Source: Stegostoma tigrinum
Taxonomy: Eukaryota
Assembly (NCBI RefSeq): GCF_030684315.1
Contig: NW_026728244.1
Location: 124,001-173,129 of the forward strand
Direction of reading: 5' to 3'
DNA: 49,129 bases
Shown: positions 24,060 to 35,500 of the stretch, one piece after another
Numbering within the stretch: position 1 is the first letter of the stretch
How the letters are laid out: each line of letters begins with the position of its first letter
Translations under genes and position numbers: made by a program
The notes under the pieces: model-generated
Database searches by the model: none
What the model saw: only the letters and a program-made list of their open reading frames with translations
What the model was told of the DNA's origin: nothing

Positions 24060-25440
24060 AAGATCTTGCCTATTGACGCTATCTATGTCCCTCAGGATTT
24101 TATAAACCTCTGTAAGGCCATGCCTCAGTCTCTGATGTTCCAGGGAAAATAGCCCCGGCCTGTTTGGCCTCTCCCTTTTGCTGAAACCCTCCAACCCTGG
24201 CAACATTTTGACAATCTTTTCTGAGCCCTTTCTAGTTTCACAACATCCTTCCTATCGCTGGGAGACCAGGATTGAACGCTGTTTTTCAAAAGCGGCCTCA
24301 CCCATACGGTCGCAACACGAGCGTCCCAACTCCTACACTCAACGCACCGACCAGAAAAGGCGAGCGTCCCAAACCTCTCCCTCACCACCCTGTCTACCTG
24401 CCACTCCTCTTCCAAGGAACTATGTACCTGCTCCCCCCGAGGTCTCTCTCTTCAGAGCTAGTCGAAGGCTTTGTGATATTGTGACCGCACCCTTAACCCA
24501 GAGACCCAGATAGTGTTCTGGGGTCCCAGTTTCGAATTTCGCCTGCGCAGGTGGTGGAATTTGAATTCAATAAATATCTGGAATTAAGAAACTAACAATG
24601 ACCGTGAATCCATTGTCAATTGTTAGGAAAATCCCACTTGGTTCACTAATGTCCTTTCGAGAAGGAAACTGCCATCCTTACCTGGTCTGGCCTACATGTG
24701 ACTCCAGACCCACGGCAGCGTGGTTGACCCATAACTGCCCTCTGGGCAATTAGGGATGGGCAATAAATGCTGGCCTGGCCAGCGATGCCCGCATTCTGTG
24801 AATGAAGAAAGGGAAAAAAATCTCCCCAGGACCTTTCCATTAAGTGAATAAGTCCTGCCCTTTCCAAAATGCAGCACCTCGCATTTCTCTGAATTAAACT
24901 CCATCTGCCACTCCTTGGCCCATCTGATCAAGATCATGTTGTACTCTGAGGTAACGTTCTTCGCTGTCCACTACATCTCTAGTTTTGGTGTCATCTGCAA
25001 ACTTACTAACCATCCCTCCTATGTTCACATCCAAATCATTGATATAAATGATGAAAATCGGTGGACCCAAGCGCTGATCCTTGTGCACATTGCTTGTCAC
25101 AGGCCTGCAGTCTGAAAAGCAACCCTCCACCACCCTCTGTCCTCTACCTTCGAGCCAGTCCTGTATCCAAATGGCTAGATCCCCCTGTATTCCATGTGCT
25201 CTCACCTTGCGACCCTGTCTACCAGGAGGAACCTTGTCTAACGCCTTACTGAAGTCCATATAGATCACATCCACCACCCTGCCCTCATCAATCCTCTTCA
25301 TTACTTCTTTAAGAAACTCAATCAGTTTAGTGAAACCAGATTTCCCATGCACAAAGCCATGTTGACTATCCCTAATCAATCCTTGCCTTTCCAAATACGT
25401 GTAAATCCTGTCCCTGGGGATTCCCTCCAACAGCTTCCCC
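24060..25440 (-). mobile_element. CR1 LINE fragments, with a probable SINE-like insert near 24490-24810
   Basis: ORF 24894-25448 has QHGF..DFSKALD..FADD; frameshifted. Confidence 0.8.
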
Positions 25441-26332
25441 TCCCCCAATGTCAGGCTCTCTGGGCTCTGTGTTGAGTTGGCTGGAATATTTCGAATTCTC
25501 TGAGTAAGGCCGATCCCATTCCTGTTCCGAAGTGTGCAACTGGGTGTTTTTATTTAAAGTTCTTGCAACAACCGCGTCCATCGCAAACTGTCTTCGCTTC
25601 ATCGTACAGCTTGGCTAGGAGTCAACGCCCTGGCCTAGTCCATCTCACACACGCACACACACTGAGGAAAGCATTGGTTACAGCCAAAGGCAGGACCTTG
25701 GAACAAGGTATCGTTATGGGAGAGCAGCCCAGGCTCTGGATGGTGACCGATGGAATAGGGTTAGGGGTAGGATGGTCGGGTTAATAATTCAGGGCAAGGG
25801 GCAAATCTTCCATCAGGTCTGCCCTCCCATGAGTTCCCAGTGCTGCCCACATTCTAACCCTGACACTGAACCTGACCTTGACCTTTAACCCTGGTCCTCA
25901 CCTTGAACCCAACTCTAACCCTGCCCATAAACCTAACCTTGACCCCGACCACAATCCTGCCCATATCCACAACCCTAACCCTGACCTGACCACGTCCTCG
26001 TTCTGACCCTGACCCTGTCTCAGACCCCGAACCTGCCCCTGTCCTTTGTTCCAATCCATACCCCACCGCGATTGTCTGCCGGGAGAGCGAGGGCGGTGGT
26101 GGGGGTGTGACGGGGATCTGCAGGCTCACCTCCAAGATGTGGGAAAGGTTGGGGTGGGGGGGGGGGGTGCTAAAGGAGAGTTAGAGGAGCGGGTGGTGGG
26201 GGCGGGGAGAGGAGACAGCAGAGAGAGCGACACTCTCTCAGACCTAGCGTTCAACATCCTGGGGATGGGGGCAAGAGAGGGTGTCTCTTTGGAGAAGGCT
26301 GGGGCAGATCACACCCCCTCCCCGAAACATCC

Positions 26333-26529
26333 TCAGGCCGAGCTCGAGTGACGTAAGCAGGAAGACATCTGGACAATCAGACAATTCCAGATATCTACCA
26401 ATGGCCGCCAGCAGCACAGCAAGATCCCAGCTATTATCCCCACCACCCCGAGTAGCAGCCCACAGACTAACACGGCCAGTTGACCCGAATCCAGGGCAGA
26501 TTCTTCCCAGATATCCCCGGTTTCTGGCT
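26333..26529 (-). CDS. WA: WA-2 exon 4, CP/TM/cytoplasmic
   Basis: ttttccacag acceptor; EPETGDIWEESALDSGQLAVLVCGLLLGVVGIIAGILLCCWRP...SSSA*. Confidence 0.8.
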
Positions 26530-29500
26530 CTGTGGAAAACAAAAGACAGAAAAGATTATTTGCAACTGTTGGAATATGGAACCTCCCTCCCCCCACCCCC
26601 CAACCTTTGCTGAGGACGTCTATAGCCAGGAGCTTGGCTCCTGTTCATATCCAATTTCTTAGAAGGGCAACGCTCTTAAAAGCATTGGCTCAAGCGGGAT
26701 GGGATGCTGCTTTACCCCAGGCTTCTCAAGTGTTGTCAGAGCTGCTCCCATCCAGGGCAAGAGGGAAGTGTCCATCACCCTCCTGACTTGTGCCTCGTCG
26801 ATGGTGGGACAGACTTTGCGGGGAGAGTCAGGACGGGAGTTACTCGCTGCAGGGCTCCCAGCCTCTGACCTGCTCCTTGCAGCCATTGCATTGATATGGG
26901 GCTGGGGTCCCGTCTGCTCAATGGGAATCCCGAGGATATTGATAGTGGGGGCTGGAAGGGATTCATTGATCGCCATTGAACGTCAAGTGGGGCGCAATGG
27001 TTAGATTCTCGCTCGTTGGAGATGATCAATACTTGGCATTTGTGTCAGGTGAACGTCACATGCCACTTGTCAGCTCGAGCCTGGATGTTGTCTTGCTGGG
27101 CTCACAGAGTCATACAGCACGGAAACAGACCCTTCGGCCCAGCCAGCCCGTGCTGACCCCATAAACCCAAACTAAACTAGGCCCAGCTGCCTGCTTCTGG
27201 CCCATATCCCCCCAAGCCTTTCCTATCCATGAACTTATCCAAATGACTTTTAGAAGTTGTGATGTATTCACATCCACCACTTCCTCTGGCAGTACGTTCC
27301 ACAGCAATGAAGGCTTTTGGTAAATCAAACAAATGCAGAACTTATTAAACTAAAATAGAACATTGCATAGTGCTGATAACCTCAAGATCCAGGGACATAG
27401 TTCTTTGAAGTTGGCGTCACAGGTAGACAGGGTGGGGAAGGGAGCGCTCGGCGCGCTGGCCTTCATCGCTCAGACCCTCTGAGTGTAGGAGCTGGGGACG
27501 TCACGTTGAGGTTGTACAGGGACGTTGGTGAGGGCCTCTCCTGCAGCGCTGTGCCCCAGCTCTGGTTGCCCCTGTTACAGGGACTGGAGAGGGTTCGGGA
27601 GGGATTCACCAGGATGTTGCTGGGAATGGAGGGGCTTGAGTTAAAGGGAGGGGCTGGGGCTTCTTTCCACTGGAGCATGAGGGTGTGACCTTACAGAGGT
27701 TTATAAAATCACGAGGGCCGTGGGTAGGGTGAATAGCAAACGGGTTTTCTCCCCCCACCGGGGTGGGCGAATCCAAAACTAGGGTGAGAGGAGAAAGATT
27801 TAACAAAGACACAAGGAGCAAGTTCTTTATCACACAGAGGCTGGTCTGTGTGTGGAATGAATTTCGGGAGGAAATGGTGGGTGTGGGCACCGTTACAATG
27901 TTTAAAAGATATTCAAATAAGTACAAGAATAGGAAAGGTTTTGTGGGTTTAGGGGATGGTGTGGAGGTGCTGGATATGGCCCAGAAGCATAGTTTACATT
28001 GGAACTATCGTCAGCACGGACTGGTTGGGCCAAAGCGTCTGTTTCCTTGCTGTAAAACCCAATGGGTGAAGAAGGCAGCTCACTACCGCCTCCTTCAGGG
28101 GCAGCAGTTACCAGCAAGGCCTGTTTCGCTGGAGGAAGCAAGGGGAGGGGGCTGTTACCAGGGGTTTCGGTTGCGCTTACCCCAGAAGACCACTTTCTCT
28201 TCTTGGCTGATGTTGTGCCTCACGACACAGGAGTACAGGTGCCCGGGGCCCGGTCGGATGCGAGCGTACCATAATGCCTGGAATCGCCATCCCTTGCTGA
28301 AGAAGATCCTTGAGGAGTTGACGTCGGAGCCGAGGGGAACGCCATCCAAATGCAGGCTGACGGCAACGGAGGGGGGGAATAGCCCGGTCACCAGGCAGAC
28401 AAGAACATTCGGCTGGCCCCACTCCACTACCATCTCCGGGTACAGGAAGATCTCGCCCACTTCTGCAGAGAGAAGGAACAAGACAGCCCCTAGGTGTGAC
28501 ATCAACAGTTCGAACCTGAGCCCAAGCCCAGGCTCTCCGGGGCCGAATAATACACACAGGCCTCGGGCCTGCTCTAGAGGGGAAGGGACGGGGCTCAAAT
28601 CGATTCGTGTGAATAAATTCGATTCGCAAACTCCACGGTCTTTGGTGAATGTTGACCACTCGGCCCATCAAATCTGCGCCAGCGACAAGAGAAACGAGTC
28701 CAAGTCCACACCAGGCCCACTTTCCCACACTAGGCCCAAAGCCTTTAATGACATGTCAAGGGTGGGTACAGACTTGTTTAAACCTGTGAGGTAATCCCGC
28801 CGCCATCAACGGCCGTCCCAGGCACAACATTCCAGAAGCCCACCAGAGCCTCGTTCTTTTCTTGCCTCAAACTCCGCTCTGAACGTTTCGTTTCAAAATT
28901 TAACCCCGTTGACTAAGGGGGAGCAATGCTTTCTATCCCTCCCCTGCCCGTGCGCCTCCTAACCTGACACAGCCCTCACTCAACCTTGCCCACTCCACAG
29001 AAAATAATTCCGACCTCTTTCCATCCCTCTGTCTCAGACGACATCCCAGCGAATCTCCCCTCATTACCCCAGCGCCAACGCGGAGACAGAACCGAACAAA
29101 ATACTCCGGCTGTAGCCTCACCAAAGCCCTGTACAGCTCGAACATCACCCCCTCGCTCTTATACTCTATAACCACAGCTGGCACAGAATTGTACAGCACA
29201 GAAACAGACCCTTCGGCCCAACCCGTGCGTGCCGACCCAGAAACCCTAAATTAATCCACTCCCCATTTGCCAGCACTTCCCTCTAAACCCTCCCTATCCT
29301 GTACCCATCCAGATGCCTTTTAAATGTTGTAACTGTACCAGCGCCCACCAACTTCCTCTGGCAGCTCGTTCCATACCCCCCAGCGTGAAAAAGTTACCCC
29401 TCAGGTTCCTTTTAAATCGTCCCCCTCTCACCTTAAACCTCTGCCCCTCCAGTTTTGGACCCCTCCACCCTTGGCGGGGGGGGGGGGGTAAGGGATCCAC

Positions 29501-31817
29501 CCCCCTCCACACAGAGGTAGACAGGGTGGCGAGGGAGGGCTTTGGGACACTCGCCGTTATCGGTCGGTGCGTTGAGTGTAGGAGTTGGGAGGGTCGTGTA
29601 TTGGCGAGGCCGCTTTGGGAATACCGCGTTCAGTTCTGGCCTCCCCTCCTACAGGAAGGAGTAATGAAACTTGAAAGGATGTTGGAGGGTTTGAGATGAG
29701 GGATAGACTGGGGCTGTTCTCCCCGCGGAACGTCAGAGGGGTGACCCTGTAGAGGTTTGTAAAGTCATGGGGGCCATGGATAGGGGACATAGACGAGGTC
29801 ATTTGCCCCAGGCTAGGGGCAAGTTTCAGCAGGGGCTTTTAATCATGCAAATCCAATTTAGCACAGCCAACAGTTTCCACATCTCCCGGCTCCCAGCTCT
29901 ACTCCCCGCCCAACCCAAAATCCGAGATCCTCAACCTCGAGCTGAGTCCGAAAGGTTCACTTGTAAAGGTACATGCACCTCCAACAGCTGGGGACTGTGC
30001 GCAGGCAGACTCTGCCCCCCCACCCCCCACCCCCCCACCAAGGGGTGAACAGTTTTGAAGCTCCCCCACTCACCATTTGGGCTGTTGGAGTGATTGGTCA
30101 CTGCGGCCGCTATGGCCATAGCTCTCCGTAGTGACGCCACAGTCCTGCCATGATCTTGTGAGAATTCTGTCAGGATCATGCGGTAGTCTTCGAAACCCGG
30201 GTACAGGAACTGTATGTCTGGTAAGCTGCTGTCGTAGTAGATGAAGGGTCTACCTTCGACCTGCAGCTCACACACCAACCCCGGGAATCTGGGATCATCC
30301 GCCACAAAACAGCCGAACTGCATGTTCCACCTGTCTGAGAGGGATCAACAGTTGGAGATGTTAACCCAAACCATCAGAATCAGGATGCCCGCGCAAGAAT
30401 GCAAGGTCGGTTTCTTTTTCAAAGTGCTTGGGGGACAGGGAGAGCAGGAGGAGGCCACTCAGCTTTGTTCTGATTGGGCCACTTTCTCATCACCCATCTC
30501 CCCCTCCCACCTCCGATTCCCAAAGCCTTCTGCTCCCCTCCTCAATCCACCTCTCTGGCAGTTGGGCTGCGGGGGTGGGGGGGGGGGGGTAGGTGAGGGG
30601 AGAGAATCCCACAGACTCCTCCAGCCTCCAACAGAAGAGCTGATGCCCTTCTCCTTGTCCGATGGGAGACCTCCCCACCTTCAGGCAACAAAACTGGGCA
30701 CGGTGTTCCCAGTGGCATTTCACCACTACATTTGGAGAAAGACTTGTGCAGCCTTATACAGGTTGGAGCAAATTCCAATCTTCTTCCTCATTCCTTACGA
30801 TTCACACAACCAGGTTTCTCCACTTCCTGTAACGACTCTTCGAGTCTCCAGTTAAGATATTACTATATTGAATAGACCCAGTCAGGATGACGAGGGACGT
30901 GGACGGAACTGGCAGGGGATGGTGCTCCCTGTGAGTATGCTGCTCCCTCACCCTTTCTGCGGGGCGAGGGGGGGGGGGGTTGTGTGTCAGGGGTAGAGGG
31001 TTTGGCAGGTTCGGAAGGTGCCGTGGGAGGAGCCTCGGCGAGTCGCTGCGGTGCATCTTGTGGACGGCACACACTGCTGCCCCTCTGCGTGGCTGTTGGA
31101 GCTCAGCCGAGCATTCCTAATGACCCCAGCTGCCGCTGTGCATCAGTGGTGGTGGGAGGGAGAATTGAAGGTGGCGGGGGGTGTTGGCATGTCCATCAAG
31201 AGCAGGAAGGGAGGTTCAATGGGAACCCCAAGGATTTTGATAGTGGGGTGGGTGAAATTCAGCAATGATGATGCCATTGAACATCAGGGGAGGAGGGTGT
31301 GCTAGTTAGATTCTCTCTCGTTGGAGACGGTCACTGCCTGGCATTTGTGTGGCGCAAATGTTAGTTGCATCTTTGCCAGCCCAAGAATATTGACTTGGTG
31401 ACCTCATTGGCGCAGGTGGCATCGTCAGCAGTTGGGTTGGCGGCGGGTAGCAGAGAGGGTTTTGGGAGGGGTCATGTGAGATACGGAGAGGGTGGGGACA
31501 GAGATGGAGGTGAAATGAGCCGTTCCTTTGGACTGGGTAAGAAATGGTCCAGATGGAGGGTGGGTGGAGAGCAGCTGCAGGATCTTGCTGCGCTTGGACG
31601 AGGCTTCGGAAGTGCCCAGAAGTTTTAGACTCTGACTATCCTGGTTCCCCTTTCCCATCCCACTGCCCGCTTCCTCCGTCTCCCCAGCCCCAAGCCAGCT
31701 GAGGCTTAACCGCACCCCCCATCCCCTAGTCTTTAAACCACCTCACTCACCAGACCCCTGGCACAGCCAGAGAGAGGGCAGAAGGCAAACCAAAGTGAGG
31801 AAGGACTCACTAGCCAT
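26333..31817 (-). CDS. WA: MHC W-category alpha chain, pair 2 (4 coding exons, about 268 aa; 3' end uncertain)
   Basis: Exons 31817-31751, 30334-30074, 28462-28181, 26529-26333; GT-AG, phase 1. Leader MASESFLTLVCLLPSLWLCQGS; alpha1 DRWNMQFGC..VEGRPFIYYD..TNHS; Ig EVGEIFLYP..LVCLVTGLFP..RIFFSKGWRF..YSCVVRH..VVFW; TM LVCGLLLGVVGIIAGILL. A donor at TTG|gtagat could shorten the last exon. Confidence 0.87.
27390..28060 (+). mobile_element. degenerate CR1 LINE 3' fragment
   Basis: LERVREGFTRMLLGMEGL, FFITQRLVCVWNE. Confidence 0.7.
28181..28462 (-). CDS. WA: WA-2 exon 3, alpha2 Ig domain, strongly beta2m-like
   Basis: 282 nt; VNSSRIFFSKGWRFQALWYA aligns with human beta2m [20 protein letters not shown]. 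Confidence 0.93.
30074..30334 (-). CDS. WA: WA-2 exon 2, alpha1 groove domain
   Basis: 261 nt, phase 1-1, ctctcag acceptor, gtgagt donor. Confidence 0.85.
31751..31817 (-). CDS. WA: WA-2 exon 1, signal peptide
   Basis: 67 nt, G|gtgagt donor. Confidence 0.8.
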
Positions 31818-32487
31818 TCTTGGTCCCTGGTCACAGTATCGTCACTGACAGGCAACTGGGGTCAACTTGTATCTCAATGATCCCCAGAGTCCAGTAAACT
31901 GAAAGGAGGAAGTCAGTCAGTGAGAGAGAGAGGGAGGGGCACAGCAGTAGTTTTGTTTCGATTAGGACNNNNNNNNNNNNNNNNNNNNNNNNNNNNNNNN
32001 NNNNNNNNNNNNNNNNNNNNNNNNNNNNNNNNNNNNNNNNNNNNNNNNNNNNNNNNNNNNNNNNNNNNNNNNNNNNNNNNNNNNNNNNNNNNNNNNNNNN
32101 NNNNNNNNNNNNNNNNNNNNNNNNNNNNNNNNNNNNNNNNNNNNNNNNNNNNNNNNNNNNNNNNNNNNNNNNNNNNNNNNNNNNNNNNNNNNNNNNNNNN
32201 NNNNNNNNNNNNNNNNNNNNNNNNNTGNNNNNNNNNNNNNNNNNNNNNNNNNNNNNNNNNNNNNNNNNNNNNNNNNNNNNNNNNNNNNNNNNNNNNNNNN
32301 NNNNNNNNNNNNNNNNNNNNNNNNNNNNNNNNNNNNNNNNNNNNNNNNNNNNNNNNNNNNNNNNNNNNNNNNNNNNNNNNNNNNNNNNNNNNNNNNNNNN
32401 NNNNNNNNAAAGGAGACCTCCCCCAGTGGCAGGGGTTTTGAAAAGCCCCCAAACACCCCCAACGGTGGCAGCACCAGCCTCAGGCCG
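31818..32487. promoter_or_regulatory. putative bidirectional promoter of WA-2/WB-2 (contains assembly gap)
   Basis: Divergent ATGs about 670 nominal bp apart; ISRE-like AAACTGAAAG (~31897) and AGTTTTGTTTCG (~31949). Confidence 0.5.
31969..32408. other. assembly gap (N run)
   Basis: N bases. Confidence 1.
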
Positions 32488-32536
32488 ATGGAAATCACTC
32501 TCCTCCTGTTGGCAAGTGGAGTCCCCTTGGGACAGG
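32488..32536 (+). CDS. WB: WB-2 exon 1, signal peptide
   Basis: gccgATGG, MEITLLLLASGVPLGQ, G|gtaagg donor. Confidence 0.75.
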
Positions 32537-35500
32537 GTAAGGGCAGTGGGGAGGGGGTAGATGCAGGGTGTGGGGGGTAAATGGGGGGTGTGGGGGTGGG
32601 GGGGTAAATGGAGGTGACATTGAGAGGTGTAATTTGAGGGTGAGGGTGCTCTCCCTCACTCTCCCTCCTCTCCCTCACTCTTCCTCCATCCCTCTCTCTC
32701 CCTCATCCTTCTCCCTCTCTCACTCTCCCTCCATCTCTCTCTCTCCACACACCCTCCTCCATCCCTCTCTCTCCCTCATCCTTCTCCCTCTCTCACTCTC
32801 CCTCCATCTCTCTCTCTCCACACACCCTCCTCCATCCCTCTCTCTCCCTCATCCTTCTCCCTCTCTCACTCTCCCTCCATCTCTCTCTCTCCACACACCC
32901 TCCTCCATCCCTCTCTCTCCCTCATCCTTCTCCCTCTCTCACTCTCCCTCCATCTCTCTCTCTCCATCACACACCCTCCTCCATCCCTCTCTCTCCCTCA
33001 TCGTTCTCCCTCTCTCACTCTCCCTCCATCTCTCTCTCTCCACACACCCTCCTCCATCCCTCTCTCTCCCTCATCCTTCTCCCTCTCTCACTCTCCCTCC
33101 ATCTCTCTCCCCATCACACACCTTCCTCCACATCTCTCCCTCTCTGTCTCTCGCCCTCACTCCCTCATTCTTCTCCATCTCTCTCTCTCCCTCACACGCC
33201 TTCCTCCACATCTCTCTCCCTCTCGCTCTCTCTGTATCCCTCTCCACACACCCTCCTCCATCCCTCTCTCTCTTCCCCCCCTCAGGCTTTAACATGATGC
33301 AGTTCCTACTCGCCGTCGGGAAGCCGGGCCAGTTGACCACGTTACGGTTTGCCTACGATGGGACCGATGTCCTTCAGTTTAACTACAGCAGCGAGAGGTT
33401 CGAGCCGCTCCACCAGGCAGCGCAGCCCTTTGCGCAGCAGTTCAACCAAAACCCAGACATGCTGAGGAGCTACCGACGCCACAAGGACTACGCACCCCTC
33501 ATCACCAAAACCATCGTCAACGTGGCACAGGGGCTGGCAGGTCAGTCACACTCACCCCCAGGCAGTGAGGCAGGGTCAGAACGTGTGACAGAGGTCGGGA
33601 GGGGGCTGGACGGGGGACGGAGACGGGGAGGGGGTGACGGAGATAGGGAGGGGTGTAGGGGGCTGGAGGGGCTGACAGAGATAGGGAGGGGGTGTAGGGG
33701 CTGGAGGGGGTGACAGAGATAGGGAGGGGGTGTAGGGGGCCGGAGCGGGTGACAGAGATAGGGAAGGGGTGTAGGGGGCTGGAGGGGCTGACAGAGATAG
33801 GGAGGGTGTGTAGGGGGCTGGAGGGGGTGACAGAGATAGGGAGGGGGTGTAGGGGGCTGGAGGGGCTGACAGAGATAGGGAGGGGGTGTAGGGGCTGGAG
33901 GTGGTGACAGAGATAGGGAGGGGGTGTAGGGGCTGGAGGGGGTGACAGAGATAGGGAGGGGGTGTAGGGGCTGGAGGGGGTGACAGAGACAGGGAGGGGG
34001 TGTAGGGGGATGGAGGAGGTGACAGAGATAGGGAGGGTGTGTAGGGGGCTGGAGGGGGTGACGGAGACGGGGAGGGGGTGTAGGGGGCTGGAGGGGCTGA
34101 CAGAGATAGGGAGGGGGTGTAGGGGGCTGGAGGGGGTGACAGAGATAGGGAGGGGGTGTAGGGGGCTGGAGGGGGTGACGGAGATGGGGAGGGGGTGTAG
34201 GGGGCTGGAGGGGCTGACAGGGATAGGGAGGGGGTGTAGGGGGCTGGAGGGGGTGACAGAGATAGGGAGGGGGTGTAGGGGGCTGGAGGGGGTGACGGAG
34301 ACGGGGAGGGGGTGTAGGGGGCTGGAGGGGCTGACAGGGATAGGGAGGGGGTGTAGGGGGCTGGAGGGGCTGACAGAGATAGGGAGGGGGTGTAGGGGGC
34401 TGGAGGGGGTGACAGAGATAGGGAGGGGGGTGTAGGGGCTGGAGGGGGTGACAGAGATAGGGAGGGGGGTGTAGGGGCTGGAGGAGGTGACAGAGATAGG
34501 GAGAGGGCGTAGGGGGCTGGAGGGGGTGACAGAGATAGGGAGGGGGTGTAGGGGGCTGGAGGGGCTGACAGAGATAGGGAGGGGGTGTAGGGGGCTGGAG
34601 GGGGTGACAGAGATAGGGAGGGGGTGTAGGGGGCTGGAGGGGCTGACAGAGATAGGGAGGGGGTGTAGGGGCTGGAGGTGGTGACAGAGATAGGGAGGGG
34701 GTGTAGGGGCTGGAGGGGGTGACAGAGATAGGGAGGGGGTGTAGGGGCTGGAGGGGGTGACAGAGACAGGGAGGGGGTGTAGGGGGATGGAGGAGGTGAC
34801 AGAGATAGGGAGGGGGTGTAGGGGGCTGGAGGGGGTGACGGAGACGGGGAGGGGGTGTAGGGGGCTGGAGGGGCTGACAGAGATAGGGAGGGGGTGTAGG
34901 GGGCTGGAGGGGGTGACAGAGATAGGGAGGGGGTGTAGCGGGCTGGAGGGGGGTGACGGAGACGGGGAGGGGGTGTAGGGGGCTGGAGGGGCTGACAGGG
35001 ATAGGGAGGGGGTGTAGGGGGCTGGAGGGGGTGACAGAGATAGGGAGGGGGTGTAGGGGGCTGGAGGGGGTGACGGAGACGGGGAGGGGGTGTAGGGGGC
35101 TGGAGGGGCTGACAGGGATAGGGAGGGGGTGTAGGGGGCTGGAGGGGCTGACAGAGATAGGGAGGGGGTGTAGGGGGCTGGAGGGGGTGACAGAGATAGG
35201 GAGGGGGGTGTAGGGGCTGGAGGGGGTGACAGAGATAGGGAGGGGGGTGTAGGGGCTGGAGGAGGTGACAGAGATAGGGAGAGGGCGTAGGGGGCTGGAG
35301 GGGGTGACAGAGATAGGGAGGGGGTGTAGGGGGCTGGAGGGGCTGACAGAGATAGGGAGGGGGTGTAGGGGGCTGGAGGGGGTGACAGAGATAGGGAGGG
35401 GGTGTAGGGGGCTGGAGGGGCTGACAGAGATAGGGAGGGGGTGTAGGGGCTGGAGGTGGTGACAGAGATAGGGAGGGGGTGTAGGGGCTGGAGGGGGTGA

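Noticed and set aside
22440-24152. Cys-rich repetitive ORFs and a CRISPR-like appearance
   Set aside because: Head-to-tail 22-bp repeat with no unique spacers, no cas genes, and a eukaryotic context.
25855-26040. TAACCC-like interstitial telomeric repeat
   Set aside because: Highly degenerate low-complexity hexamers rather than a true (TTAGGG)n tract.
28181-28462. Calling this gene beta2-microglobulin (B2M)
   Set aside because: It is flanked in phase by a groove-domain exon and a TM exon, which B2M lacks.
31913-32678. ORFs spanning X runs
   Set aside because: Artefacts of the N gap.
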